The notes: a model not told the origin generated them from the letters alone. A stretch of 64,000 bases of DNA from Isurus oxyrinchus (GCA_026770705.1 JANJGN010000017.1:682001-746000), one strand, 5' to 3'. Numbered from the stretch's first letter, positions 37,570-51,330 are shown. Made by a program: numbers and translations.

Positions 37570-38391
37570 GGCCCTGATATTTTTGGGCCATGGTGGGGGT
37601 GGGGGGTGGGGGGGTGGTTGGTGGTGGGTGGGTTGGTTGGGGTGGGGGGGTGGGGGAGCTGGTTGGGGTGGTTGGGGTGGGGGGTGCTGGGTGGTGTGGG
37701 GGGTGGTGGTTGGTTGTGGGGGGGTGGAGGGGTGGTTGGGGGGGTGCATGGGCAGGGATCAGGGAAAGTGTGGGTGAGAGAAAAAGCAGAAAAATGCAGG
37801 AAGGTTGGGTATACAAAGGTTCTGCTGATCATAACAATAGCATCTTACCGCCATCTTGTAGCCACATCTCCCAGCAGACAGCCAATATGGACAGCCTGGC
37901 TGGTGGGCAGAAAGGAACACCAGCAGCAAGAGTCATAGCAGGAGGTCCTTGGGGATGGTGCCAGCAACAATGAGGAGAGGGGGAAGGCCTGCAACTGGGA
38001 GGACTCAGTTTGGGGGAGGCCAAACACCTTGAGGGGTCTGGAGGACCTTCCCTCTTAGGCCAAAAGGAGTGCCCAGAGAGCTATTTATCTCGCAGAGCCA
38101 GAGGTCCCACCTTGGTTTCACTGCTGCCTTTCCCAAACCTTGGGAATCTTGTGTAGCAACTGTAAATTTCCAATCAGGCAACCAATTGTACTGTAGGAAC
38201 TTGACTTAAATATGTTAATACTGTGTTCATGTTATGTCCCTTTTCACAGTGGGACACTCGGGTGTAAGGATGGCATTGGGTGCATGTAGGGTGAGCTGGA
38301 ATTGAATTCTGCACATTTCACTATTTAAACCCTTTACCCCCCCCGTCGACCCTCTACCACTCATTGTGGGAGAAAGTTAACATTGAGGCCC
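37570..38391. mobile_element. Old MITE containing a G/T low-complexity expansion
   Basis: Imperfect TIRs ggccctgatatt / aacattgaggcc. Confidence 0.5.
37590..37746 (+). repeat. G/T low-complexity tract, (GGGGT/GGT)n
   Basis: ~155 bp almost exclusively G and T. Confidence 0.95.
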
Positions 38392-38759
38392 ATGTTTAGG
38401 TAAATGTCACTCTAACAAAGACAAATTTCAATTACTTTACTGAGATCAACAGTTTTTCTCATAAAATCTCAATAGATTGACAACAGATACAGGCTTGTAT
38501 TGAGGCTATTTATAATTATTATATTTTTTCTATTGAGGCACACGGCCAAAGCACAAATGAGGCACAATAAAGTTTGTCATGAATCAGTGAAAAGTTATAC
38601 AGATGAGGTGGAACAGAAATTTAGAATAGGCCAGACAGTTCTTGGTCTGCATTTCCTTCATTGTTCTGATTATTTTTACATTGTGTTTCATTGCACAATG
38701 GATAGGGGTGGGGAGGGGGGGTCGGGGGCTGGTTAGTGACCATAGGAAAGTAAAAGGTA

Positions 38760-39135
38760 AAAAAGACTTGCACTGTATCACACATTTCCTGACCACCGGG
38801 CATGTCAAAGTGCTTTACAGCCAATAAGTGCTTTTCAAGTATACTCAATGTACTGTAGGAAATGTGGCAGCCAATTTGTGCACAGCAAGCTCCCATAAAC
38901 AGCAATGTGATGGTGACCAGATAATCTGTTTTTGTGATGTTAATTGAGAAATGAATATTGGCCAGGACACCAGGGATAATTCCCCTGATATTTTTTGAAA
39001 TAGTGCCATGGGATATTTTATGTCCACTCGAGAGTGCTGGCAGGGCCTCCGTTTAACATCTCATCCTGATTTCTGTGCTGAAGTTCTGGAGTGGGACTTG
39101 AACCCACAATCTTCTGACTGAGAGGCAAGTGATAG
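38760..39135 (-). mobile_element. Deu-type tRNA SINE
   Basis: Reverse complement of the 11352-11772 family. Box B gggttcaagtccc near 39092-39105. Confidence 0.85.
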
Positions 39136-39451
39136 CAACTGGGCGAAGTCTGAAACCTAATGAACCAATGATTGTTTTACAATATATGTAATTTGATTAA
39201 GGTATTTTTAAAAATTGCTAGATTTTGTGAGAGAATTTGAAGTTAAGGAAGCTTAACAATGCATGCAGCAGTTAGGATATTAATAGTATAGTTGGTGTTG
39301 TAAAAAAACTGTTTCTTGGTAATATTGTCCCACACGTATTGGGTGATTGTGGTATGTTACTGTTAGCATCGGCCAAAATCTACAGCATTCATTGTCAGAC
39401 CGCTACAAATTGACCAGCACACATGTCGCTTAACAGGGACATGCTGAACAC

Positions 39452-39940
39452 AGAACATAAGGAATAGGAACAGGAGTAGGTCAATGGGCCATTGAAGCCT
39501 AGTCTGCCATCCCATATGATCATGGCTGATCATCAGCCTTAACTCTACTTTCTTGCCCACTCTTCATATCGATTGATTCCGAGAGACCAAAAGTCTATCT
39601 GTCTCAGCCTTAAATACATTCAAAGATGTAGCATCCAAAAACCTCTGGGGTAGAGAATTCCAAAGAATCACAATGCTTTAAGTGAAGAAATTACTCCTCA
39701 TCTCAGCCCTAGGTGATTGGCCCCTTATCCTGCAATGGTGCCTCTCTGTGTTCTAGATTCCCCAATCAGGGTAAAAACAACCTCTCAGTGTCTGACCTGT
39801 TGAACCCCTTCAGAATCTTGTAAGTTTCAATGAGATCACCTCTCATTCTTCTAAACTCCAGAGAGCATAGAGCCAATTTAACTCAGTCTCTCATCATAAC
39901 CCTCTCATCCCAGAAACTAATGCAGTGAGACTTCACTGTA
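39452..39940 (-). mobile_element. CR1 LINE 3' end
   Basis: agaacataaggaataggaacaggagtagg tail. Homologous to 41780-42210. Confidence 0.85.
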
Positions 39941-40777
39941 AATTTGATATGAAGTTGTTATATGTTCATATAATTATAGTATTTGGCATAATTTCCAGGA
40001 TTTTACTGGGAGAAACTTCTCATTAGCTCAGCAACAAATCTACTCAAGCTTCTAAACAAATTGGCAAGGGAGAATGATTCCCAGAGTCTTTCCACATTTC
40101 ATGTGACTGTCCTTGGGGTCTTTACATACAAGTCATTTCCTGGTAATGTCAAGCAAGGAGGTTTGATCCATACTTTTCCTGGAAACTACATGCTGACACC
40201 GGAGTTACAATTTTTAGAATATACTGGCAGAGAAAACACATGCATGGGTTGAAGTGTCACCATGGACTGTTAGCGATGCAGTTATTAACATGTTCTTACG
40301 AAATGTCTCACCCACTATTCTAATGAAGGTGTAAACTTATTTATATAAAATCGTTCAATATTTGCTTAAAATCTGGACAGAGTAATTACATATGAACACA
40401 TTAATATATGCATTACTGACATTATAGAATGAGATTTCATTCCCTGCTATAAGATTTACCACCCAACACAATAAAGTACCCCCCAACAAAATGACATTTC
40501 TCGGTGGGAAATTATACACAGATGACATCAAAGTGGAAAATCCTAATCCAAGTTTTAATTTAACTCTTACATTGCCAATGTTTATTTGTCCAGTTCTGAT
40601 ATAAACAAATCTGATTATATGCACCTTCTATCCATTCTTAATAATTGCAGGTTACTAGGACTTTATTCGTGCATAAATAGAACAAAAATTCAAGTTGTGC
40701 TAAAATGCCATCTTGTGGTAACATTGAAGAAATAAGGCAACTGTGCCATGGGATATGAATCCAGATTCTAGGTTCTA

Positions 40778-42210
40778 GATTCTGGAAATGTCCCAGCAGG
40801 TTGGAAAACAGCAAATGTAACTCTACTGTTCAAGAAAGGAAGGGCATAGAAAGCAGGGAATGATAGGCCAGTTATTCTAACATCTTACATTGGGAAAATG
40901 TTAGAATCCATTGTTAAGGAGATGGTAGCAGGACCTTTAGAAAATCATAATATAATCAGGCAGAGTCAACATGGTTTTTGCGAAAGGGAAATTGTGTTTG
41001 AAAAATTTATTGTAGTTCTTTGAGGATGTAAAAAACAGGGTGGATAAAGGAGAACCAGTAGATGTAATGTATTTGAATATCCAAAAGGCATTTAATAAGG
41101 TGTCACATAAAAGGTTACTGCAGAAGCTAAGAGCTCATGGTGTTGGGGGCGATATATTAGCACAGATAGAAGATTGGCTAACTAATAGGAAACAGCCAGG
41201 AAAAATGGGTCATTTTCAGGTTGGCCAACTGTAACTAGTGGAGTGTCACAGGGATCAACTATTTACAATTTATGCGAATGACTTGGATGAAAAGGCCTAC
41301 AGTATAGTAGCCACATTTTCAGATGATACAAAGATAGGTAGGAAAGCAAGTTGTGAGGGGGTTATAAAGAGTCTGTGAATGGATGCAGATAGGTTAAGTG
41401 AGTGGGTGAACATTTGGTAGGTGCAGTATAATGTGGGAAAATGTGAGATCATCCACTTTGGAAGGAAGAATAGAAAAGCAAAATATTATTTAAATGGAGG
41501 GAAACTGCAAAATGCTACATTAGGGAGGGATCTAGATGACCTTATATGAATCACAAAAAAGTTAGCACACAGATACTGCAAGTAATCAGGAAGACAAATG
41601 GAATTTTGACCTTTATTGCAAGGTGATGGAATATAAAAGTAGGGAAGTCTTGCGTCAACTTTACAGGGCATTGATTAGATCACACTTGGAGTACTGCGTA
41701 CAGTTTTGATCTCCTTACTTAAGGAAGGATACACTTGCATTGGAAGCAGTTCAAAGAAGGTTCACCAGGCTGATTCCTAGGATGAAAGGGCTAACTTCTG
41801 CGGAAAGGTTGAGCAGATTAGGCCTATCCTCATTGGAGTTTAGAAGAATGAAAGGTGATCTTATTGAAACATAAGTTTCTGAGGGGGCTTGGCAAAGTAG
41901 AATTTTTTATCTCGTGGGGAATCTGGAACTAGGGGGACACATTTAAAAGTAAGAGTTCCCCCATTTAAGACTGAGATGAGAAATTTCTTATTTCAGAGGA
42001 TCATTAGTCTTTGGAATTCTCTTCCATGAAGGCTGGGTCATCGAATATATTCAAGGTTGATTTAGACGGATTTTGATTGACAAGGAACTTAAGGGTTATG
42101 GGGCAGGAAAGTGGAGTTAAGGCCAAAATCAGATCAGCCCTGATCTTATTGAATGGCAGAGCAGACTCGATGGGCCGAATGGCCTCCTGCTGCTCCTATT
42201 TCTTATGATC
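40778..42210 (+). mobile_element. 5'-truncated CR1 LINE (decayed RT and 3' UTR)
   Basis: WKTANVTLLFKKG, VDVMYLNIQKAFNKVSH, SGVSQGS, FSDDTKIG, then the 3' gatgggccgaatggcctcct tail. Confidence 0.92.
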
Positions 42211-42623
42211 ATCTTGAATTTTACAATATTTCTGTCCAGAAACCTGCAATCTTCAGGCTCCTGCATTCCAACCTCCTGAACCTCCCTCCATAAACACTCT
42301 AGGTTGTTCCTTCTCTCCCTGTGAAATTTTCTTCAAATCTTGCCTTTTATGAACATGATTTTGGTTGTCTGCGCTAATTATTTCACAACTGTCAATTGTA
42401 TGTTTCCTCTCTGTGAAGGACCTTGAAATGCTTGCTGCATTGAAAGTGTTTTATAGAGAGTGTGGCTGTGATAAATTCACACCCTGAGAAAGTTCTATTC
42501 AAAAGATTAAAAGTCTAACTTTTTATGATACATTCTGTTCTGCAATTGGTACAGTTAAGGGACATCACTTTGTTACTCAGCACTTACTCTCTATTCTTTT
42601 CAGAACATCTTTCTTTCTCTCTG

Positions 42624-43195
42624 TGTCAGCTATGGCTCAGTTGGTAGCTCTCTCCTCTGAGTCCCAAGATTTGAAGTTCACGTCCCTCCAGATTTTGAGC
42701 AAAAAAATCAAGGCTTACACTCTAGTGCAGTACTGAGGAAGGGTGACACTGTTGGAAGCGCCATTTTTTGGATGAGAGGTCAAACCATGTCCCCATCTGC
42801 TCTAAGGCGGATGTAAAAGATCCAATAACATTGTTTTGAAGAAGAGCAGGGGAGTTCTCTCTGGTGACCTGGCCAATATTTATCCCTCAATCAACATCAT
42901 GAAAATGGATTATCTGGTCCTTAGCACCTTGCTGTTTGTTTGAGTTTGCTGTGTGCAAATTGGCTGCTGTGTTTCCTACATTACAACAGTGACTATACTT
43001 CAAAATACATCAGTTGTTGTAAAGAACATAAAAAATAGGAGCAGGACTAGACCATTCAGCCCCTCAAGCCTGCCCTGCCATTCAGTAAGATCATGGCTGA
43101 TCTGCCGCAGGCCTCAACTCTTCTTTTGTGCTTAAAGTGCTTTGAGACGTCCAGTGGTTGTGAAAGGTGCTACATAAATGCAATTGCAAGCCTTT
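42624..43195 (+). mobile_element. Deu-type tRNA SINE with a CR1 tail (43022-43130, minus) inserted
   Basis: Box A tggctcagttgg, Deu core, tail ggtgctacataaatgcaa. Confidence 0.85.
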
Positions 43196-43979
43196 TTCTT
43201 TTCCTTGAATAGGTTTTCTGACACTGAAGCCACAGGTAGTATCAGAATAGATGCAGCACAGGTAACAATGCATCTAATTGCCAGCACAATTGGAGCATAA
43301 GCACCATTTTCTGTTTGGTTGAATTCCAGCGTCACTTTCTCCGAAGTCTTTCATTCTTGCAGTTATAAAGCTACCTTGGTGCAAAATCTTGTTCCTCCTT
43401 CAAGGTGAAAATGACCATGCTCCTCATCTTGGGTATTTGGTAGAGTTCTGATGGGTACATAGGTGACTGCTAAGGCCCATCTGCACCTGCAAAGTTCTAC
43501 TGATGCAAACTAAAGTCTATCTGAAAAATACTCACAATATGATCATGAGCTTTTCCATCCCTCATCCTCTGAGCTGATTAAGTTTTCTACCTGATGCTTA
43601 ATAATTTTGTACTCACAGTCTTTAGGGCTTGTATTCACATTCCAAATTAAACAGCCTATTTACATTCCTGTTATGCATACCTCTCACAGCTTTACAGCCC
43701 TGGATCTGCCCACTCTTAATATCTTTCCTCTACTGAAAACTCTGTGAATTTCTTCTCATTTCTCAGAACCTTCAGATCCCTACATCGGAGATTATCATTT
43801 CTCTGAATTTTACACTGTTTCTCTTTTTGATGTTTGTTTATCTTCAGTGCAAACTGAAATCAGTGAGATGTAAACCACTCTGCCAATTTGCCATCTGCCA
43901 TTTTACACCCTTGTAAATAGTCAATATCTAGCCACCATGTTTTTCACATAGTCTTTCTTCTTCATAATCCATCATTCAG

Positions 43980-44475
43980 TCGGCATCTCTCGGCAGGACA
44001 TCAACACAGAGGTCCTGGACTGTGCCAATTCCATCAACATACATTCATTGCTAAGCCAAAGTCGTTTGCGCTGGCTCGGCCATGTTTATTGGATGAATCG
44101 TGGCCGTATACCATACGGTGAACTGGCCACAGGGTCACGACCTCCTGGGCATCCATACCTTCACTATGAGGACACCTGCAAGCAAGTTATGACGATGGTA
44201 GACATTGACACTGACCACTGGGAGACAGTCTGTGACCTCTGGAATCTAACTGTTTGCAAGGTCATTGGAAGAGACAAGCAGAAACAGACAGCTCAGCTGA
44301 GAAGAGGCTCAGAGAAAACAGAGGCCATCGAATTGTGCACCTCCTCGGCCGACTGTCTTCCTCTGCAGCAAATGCAGCAGAGACTGCCATGAGAGAGTGG
44401 GGCTCCTGAGCTACACCAGGTGATGCCTAACACAGAGCAACCCATCATCTTACAAGGAAGGAAGGCTGCCACTAA
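43980..44475 (+). mobile_element. RTE-clade LINE 3' fragment
   Basis: LSQSRLRWLGHVYWMNRGRIP..YGELATGSRPPGHPYLHYEDTCKQ. Confidence 0.85.
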
Positions 44476-45129
44476 CCAACATCCATAGGAACGTTGTGAA
44501 AATGTAAAGAGGAAGCTTTAATACGATTTGTGGCAGGATGCATTGTTTACCTGTCTACTTACCATTGATATTTCTACTTACTCATCAGATGGAAAAATTG
44601 AATATTTGGAACTGTGCAATTTATGAGCAATATATTTTCAAGGGATTTATTTTTTTAAATGTTTCTCATTTTTGGGGAATTTGTAGGGGAAACATTATTT
44701 CAACTATTAAAAAACATTAAAGTGGGGCTGCCCTCCTGTATATGATGGAATGGGAGCTCAACTGCCCTGGGGCTTATGTCCAAAAAATCCTGCCAGGGAA
44801 AAGTCATTAAAAAACTAGCAAACAGGCCTAAGGGAAGGAAGTGGTTTTGCATTGCATCAAAATTTCCTTTTCATTTCAGTTTTTACTTGATCTAGTCAAA
44901 AGGCAGACACATAGCTCTTCCCTTTGTAGTTCAGTCCTTTGATCTGGTTAAATTTCTTCTGACTGCTGTCCGCATAACTTGGCAGCTTGAAAATGATCAG
45001 CCTGAATCTGACAGAGATGTGACATGGATAGTGGGCTCTCACCGGTAAAAGCCTGTTGTGACCATCTATCCTGACTATGAACATCCCTCAGGGGAATCTA
45101 AAAGCATCACCATACAAGCACCAACTTCT

Positions 45130-45310
45130 GTTGGCTGCGGGCTTCAGCTGTCTAGACCCTAAGCCGCACCGTCTTGCCACCTTTTCTTCCTCTTTAAGAT
45201 GTTCCTTAAAACCCAGCACCTTGAGCAAGCTTTTGGTCACCTATTGTCCAATAAATCTCCTCTTACAAACTTTGGGATGTTTTGCCACGTTAAAGGCATT
45301 ATGTAAATGC
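45130..45310 (+). mobile_element. L2-type LINE 3' tail
   Basis: gggcttcagctgtctagaccctaagc...gttaaaggcattatgtaaatgcaa. Same tail as the Deu SINEs. Confidence 0.6.
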
Positions 45311-45311
45311 A

Positions 45312-45630
45312 AGGCAGCACCTCCCAAACCCATGACCACTACCATCCAGAAGGACAAGGGCAGCAGACACATGGGAACACCACTGCCTAGAAGATCCCCT
45401 CCAAGCCACTCACCATCCTGACTTGGAAATATATTGGCCATTCCTTCAGTGTCACTGGGTCAAAAACTTGGAATTCCCTCCCTAACAGCTCTGTGGGTGT
45501 ACCTACACCACATGGACTGCAGCGGCTCAATAAGGCAGCTCACCACCACCTTCTCAAGGACAACCAGGAATGGACAATAAATGCTGGCCCAGCCAGAAAC
45601 GTCCACATCCCATAAAACAAAATTTAAAAA
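45312..45630 (+). mobile_element. Zenon-like LINE 3' end
   Basis: Aligns to the reverse complement of 13702-14020. Confidence 0.9.
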
Positions 45631-46863
45631 TGTATTGTTGGTTAAGGAGAGAGTGAATAGAACCTCAACCTTTACTTCCTCCAACAACCTGTAGGCTTTT
45701 AAAATTCAAACTAAGAGGCACAATTTTTCTGCTTCTTTTCACCCTTCAGTAATGTTTCCCTCCACGGTCCTTGACCTGAATCGTTCAATACAAAAAAGGT
45801 GGACAAAGTTCATGTGGCCTTTTTCCATTGAGCTTGCCAAATTTAGAGCCAATTGCTGGCATTTTGTGCTGTAAACCAGGACATTTACAGATGAACCATG
45901 AAAATCTCCAGTCCCAGCACATTCTTGTTAAATGGGAGTGTGCATTGAAGAATCAAATGCAGAGCTTTGCGTTACTAATAGCAACATGAAATGCTCTCAA
46001 TTTTGATAAAAATCGGAAGTCTCATGAACTGAGTATATTGGCTTCTGTACCCTATTCTCTAATTCCCATATCAAGTGGTGATGCCTATAAAATGTAACCA
46101 TTAAGGATAGCAGGGGGAGGGAATTTTCATCCTTGAATTGAGACTGCTCCAGTTACCAAAGTGAAAGGACAGCACGCTAACTTAATGTATGTTAGTCCCC
46201 TTTGTAAAAAACAGGCAGCCTCATAGAAAATATTCAGAGCAATAAGGTGAATCAATCTATCACCCATACAGAATATGAAGCATTATTTACAATTCAATTA
46301 CTCTTATGATTGTTTTAACATACATTATATAACTGTACAATAAATAGACCATGTCACATCTTGCACAGTGGTTTTTACAATTAGTAAATTACTTACATAA
46401 TTCATAAAACAATGTTGTTGGATTGTTCTTTGCCTTATCCCATCCAGTATTTCTTTTGGGTATTTTTCTAATGCTTTCTAAAATTGCACTGTAGGAAAAG
46501 CTAGCTGTGAATAGGCTCTAAAGGGCAGAAGAATGTTCACTAACATTTGTGCAAAGTTTGGTTGATGTTATTGGTGCCAAGTGTTGTGTGATATGGATCT
46601 GTAGAAATCTGTACATATGTGGGTGAAAGGAGGACTGAATGAAGATGCTGGAAAGCAGCAGGCAAAAGCTTCTGTAATTTGCTTTATTTTTGCAATTGGT
46701 TAGTTATTCAGCTCTGAACAGATGCAACAAGTATGAGTTATGGTGAAGCAATAAACTTCGGATATGAAGAGGTGCTCCTGTCCATTTCTTTGTTGTTATA
46801 AAGGCAGAGGCCTGTTTGAAACACAAACAACTCCTATAGCGATGCTGCCATCGTAACCTTCTA

Positions 46864-47170
46864 GGGAACTTGTGGTGCAGTGGGTAGCACGCCTGTCTCT
46901 GAGCCAGAAGCTCCAGGTTTGAGTCTTACCCTAGGACTTGATGGTCAAGGAAGGTGCATCAATTACGTGGCTGAACAACCTGTAAGTCCTTCCAACATAT
47001 GCCAATGGCAGGTGGTAAGAGCAGGAAAGATTCCTGGTCAGCCATGTGATGGAAAGAAAATTGGAGCCTCCACCATCACTACCCATAGCTCCAGGCTACA
47101 ACATGTGTGTAAAGATGCATTTTGTCACAGCAACTCAGACTTCCTGAGTGATCTGCAATACATGCACACA
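46864..47170 (+). mobile_element. tRNA-derived SINE (different family)
   Basis: Box A tggtgcagtgg, box B-like ggtttgagtc, (CA)n-like tail. Confidence 0.65.
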
Positions 47171-47419
47171 CACAACTTCACCACATATCGTGCCTCCTTT
47201 AGCAGACTGAGTAGTTTGTTTAGGATCTATAATAAAGCAATCTGCACATATGGAGTGGATTTGGAATGTTAAAAAACCTTTACTTGTTCCGTAATTTCCA
47301 AGGTTCTTTGAAGTTAGAGAGTTAGACTGCAGCTTACATAATTATCTCACAAGAGACAATGATGTGTAACTTTTCACTGTTTTAGTGGATTTGACTGCAG
47401 CAGCAAGTAATTGGCCTTC

Positions 47420-47845
47420 TAACAATAACTTGCATTTCTCTGATCTCTCTAATGTAGTGAAATGTCCCAAGGTGCTTTACAGGTCAACTGTCAGACAGAA
47501 TTTGACACAGAGTCACATTAAGGAGTATTAGAACAAATGACCTAAAAAGCTTAAGCAAAGAGGTAGGTTTGATGGAGCATCTTAAAATGGAAGAGAACTA
47601 CAGAGAATGGAGGTTTAGCTTGGCAGCTGAAGGTGTGGCTACCAATGGTAGAACAAGACACTCGAGAAGATGTAATAGGCCAGAATTGGAAGAGGACAGA
47701 GATCTTGAAGGTTTGTAGGGCTGGATGAGATTACAGAGATAGGGAAGGGTGAGGCCATGGTGGAATTTGAACACAAGGCTGAGAATTTTAAAATTGAGGT
47801 ATTGCCAGACCAAAAGCCAACGTCTGTCAGTGAGTGCAGGCAAGC
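47420..47845 (-). mobile_element. L2-clade LINE 3' fragment
   Basis: Minus strand encodes LNFKILSLVFKFHHGLTLPYLCNLIQPYKPSRSLSSS, the L2 RT C-terminus. Confidence 0.85.
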
Positions 47846-48254
47846 GACTTTTCACCAGAGGAACTATTAACAACTAGAGCCAGACTTTCTTGATGATTCC
47901 CACTCTCCTCCTGCTGTTACAGAAATTTTTTCCACATAGAAGCCCCAATACAGATAAAGCCATGATGTTTGCAACTAAAAACAGTTGGTCTTTTTCCTTA
48001 GTGTAGAAAAGTTCACCTTGCTTGGCAGAGTTCATTTGTTTGCCATTGTCCATCACTGCCATGAGGTTTTCAGTATTTCAGGTTCTAACTTTGTGTTAAG
48101 TATCCAGACAGTCAGTCTATTTTATAGCAATGCAATTCAAAGTATTTCAAATCAATGAATAATATACTGATCAGTTTCTTCTGATGAAACATTGCCAAAT
48201 GCAGTGTAAATTTTCAAGAGTTTTTACACAATTTGGTAACAAAAGTATTAAGAA

Positions 48255-48900
48255 TTGCTGAAAGACATGTTACTGAAGCTTTGCGTTAGCACTCATCAGG
48301 ACAAATGCTACTGCCCCTTTTATTCCATGACCTATAACTTTCTTCACAAGTTGTGTGGCATGTATCGAATGCTGTTTGGAAGTCCATATACACCACATCA
48401 ATGACCCAGCCCTCATCAACCATCTCTGTTACCTCTTCATAAAACTCATCAGGACAAATGCAAGGATGCCAAATTTCAAATGATCAAAACAACTTACAAT
48501 ACAGGAGAAAAAGGTGCTGATTGGTTGGCAAGTTGACTGTTATTGTTTGAAATGTCGTCATGGAGAATGCAACAGGGAGCCATGGGCACCACAGGCTCCA
48601 GGCTAATACCTCCCTGTTGCTCTCCCCATCATCTTTTAAAAATATCCCTCCCCATCACTGAGATGACTATTTTCTCCCTTTCTATCTCAGACATGACTTC
48701 AATATCCATGGGGATTCTTCCATCATTTCTCTCCTACAAACAAGGAATTTTACAGGACAGCAGAAGACCTTTCAACCCATCACACCTGCACTAGATCTTT
48801 GAAAGCAATCGGCCAATCACAGTTGGCTTGCCAACCAATCAGCACCTTTTCTCCAGTGGTATAAATTGTTGTGATCGTTTGAAATTTGGCATTTGTCCCA
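48255..48900. mobile_element. Penelope family 2 terminal repeats in inverted arrangement, with an inserted CR1 piece
   Basis: 48444-48610 is homologous to 23157-23315. 48811-48898 is its inverted copy. Decayed hammerhead at 48270-48304 (-). Confidence 0.75.
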
Positions 48901-48932
48901 ATGTGTATAAGCTCTGTGCTATAAAAAGTATT

Positions 48933-49079
48933 GAGGTAGATTTTCAGTTTGCTGCCTGTGTGTAATACTGAGTGTGCCTCAGCTGCCTGTTAAAGAAAGT
49001 AACTGTTTTTTAACTAAAAGTCAGGTGGTTTCTAAATGGGTGGTGATTTGGCAATGCCACTTTCAAGTTGAAAACTACC
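48933..49079. mobile_element. Short MITE
   Basis: Imperfect TIRs ggtagattttca / tgaaaactacc. Confidence 0.5.
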
Positions 49080-49094
49080 ATGTTTATTGTATGT

Positions 49095-50460
49095 CCTGAC
49101 TGGGCACCTCTACCTCGCAGGTAAAGACAGATGCAAAGTATTCCTTTAACACCTCAGCCACACCTCTTGCCTCTATGTGTAAATCCCCTTTTTGGTCCCA
49201 TTCGGCCCTACTCCTTTTACCATCCTTTTACTATTGATGTGCTTATAGAATACTTTGGGATTTCCTTTTTATGTTAGCTGCCAGTCTTTATTCATAATCC
49301 CTCTTTGCTTCTGGTATTTCCTTTCTCACATCCTTTCTGAAACTTCTGTTTTCTCAGTTGTATTTGCTCCGACACCTGCTGTAAGCACACTTTTTCTTCT
49401 TTAACTTAATTTCTATCCCCTTTGTTATCCAGGGAGCTCTGGATTTGTTTGTCCTACCTTTCCCTTTTGAGTGAACATACCTTGACTGTGCCCAAACCAT
49501 CTACTCCTTTGAAGGTAGCCCATTGTTCAGCTACTGTTTTTCCCGCCAACCTTTGGTCCCAGTCTATCGGGCCCAGCTCCGTTCTTGCCCCGTTGACGTC
49601 CGCTCTCTGCCAGTTGTTAATTCTTACCCTGGATTGACCAATGTCATTTTCCACCGTCATCCTAAACCTCATGATACAATGACCACTGTGCCCTAAATGT
49701 TCCCCCACTGTCACATGATCTACTTGGCCCACCTCATTCCCAAGAACCAGGTCTAGCAGCGCCTCCTCTGCTGTAGGAAATTCTCCTGAACACAATCTAG
49801 GAACACTTGTCCCTCACTGCCCCTAACAATACCACTATCCCAGTCTATATAAGGGTAATGAAAGTCCCCCATTATAACTACTCTATGATGTTTACGCCTC
49901 TCTATAATTTCCTTGCAGATTTGTTCCTCTATACCCTTCCCACTAGCTGGTGGTCTATACATTACACCGAGCAATGTAATTGCACCCTTCTTATTCCTTA
50001 GCTGTAGCCAAATCGACTCTGTCCTTGATTCCTCTGACACATCCTCTTTCTCCTATAGTGCAATACTCCCCTTAACCAAAATGCCACCCCTCCTCCTTTT
50101 TTCCCTTTCCTATCTTTTCTGAACACTTTGTAACCTGGAATATTTAACCCCCCAGATCTGCCCTTCCTTAAACCAGGTCTCCTTTATCGCCATAACATCA
50201 TAATCGCACAAGGCAATCTGTACTTGTAACTTTCCAATTTTATTAACTATTCTCCGTGCATTCACATACACACAGTGTAACCCTGAATTAGACTTCATTA
50301 CTTATTCCCTTACTCCAACTCCGTCTATTAACTCACTATTCTCTATTTTAGTGCTATCTGCCTCTCCCAGCATTCTGTGCACCCTGGTATTACTTTCTAA
50401 TATTCTCTCCTGGTTCCCAAACCCCTGCTGGGTTAGTTTAAACCCTTCCCAACAGCACTA
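49095..50460 (-). mobile_element. CR1 LINE fragment: ORF1 end and APE endonuclease
   Basis: SAVGKGLN*, CVYVNARRIVNK, AIKETW, GVMYRPP, IMGDFHYP, LLDLVLGN, LGHSGH. Confidence 0.9.
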
Positions 50461-51038
50461 GCTTGGAGGGGAGCTTTCAGGTGGTAGTGTTCCCATCTAT
50501 CTGCTGCCCTTGTCCTTCTAGATGGTAGCGGTCAATGGGTTTGGAAGGTGCTATCTAAGGAGCCTTGGTGAATTGCAACAATGCATCTTGTAGATGGTAC
50601 ACACTGCTGCTTCTATGCATTGGTGGTGAGGAAGTGAATGTTTGTGGATGTGGTGCCAATCAAGCAGGGTTGCTTTGTCTTGGATGGTGTCCGGCTTCAT
50701 CAGTGTTATTGGGAGCTGCACTCATCCAGGCAAGTGGGGAGTATTCCATCACACTCCTGACTTGTGCCTTGTAGATGGTGGACAGGCTTTGGGGAGTCAG
50801 GGGGTGAGTTACTCTCCGCAGGATTCCTAGCCTCTGACCTGCTCTTGTAGCCACAGTATTTATATGGCTAGTCCAGTTCAGTTTCTGGTCAATGGTAACC
50901 CCCAGGAGGTTGATAGTGGGAGATTCAGTGATGGTAATGACATTGAACATCAAGGGGTGATGGTTGGATTCTCTCTTGTTGGAGATGGTCATTGCCTGAT
51001 ACCTGTGTGGCGCGAATGTTAATTGTCAGCCCAAGACT
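50461..51038 (-). mobile_element. Zenon-like LINE RT C-terminal fragment
   Basis: Colinear with 13927-14510. Confidence 0.92.
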
Positions 51039-51039
51039 G

Positions 51040-51330
51040 ACAAAGTCACATGAGGGAACATGTTTTCATGATTTTAAGTATCTTTATTTTTATGGTTAAA
51101 AATCTTCAGTTCCCTGAGGCATCTCTGTGCCTCAGTGAGCTTTTACTGCAGGCACCCACAGGCATGCCCGAACTTCAACACTCGCCCTCCTCCCAACCCC
51201 ATCCCAGCAGCGCTGCCACACACATTTCACACTGGCTGGCCAGCCACATGAAACCACGGTCAGGGCCTGAATGCCCACGGCAGTCAGCTCTGCAGCCACT
51301 CCCGGGACCACCTGATGAAGGCAAAAGCTC
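51040..51330 (-). mobile_element. Harbinger MITE half (inverted)
   Basis: Reverse complement of the 55671-55990 type. Confidence 0.7.

Noticed and set aside
37514-37973. Gly/Trp-rich and Pro-rich ORFs in six frames
   Set aside because: An artefact of the G/T low-complexity tract, which lacks stop codons.
47874-48062. 62-aa minus-strand ORF with a hydrophobic stretch
   Set aside because: No splice or homology support, and the length is expected by chance.
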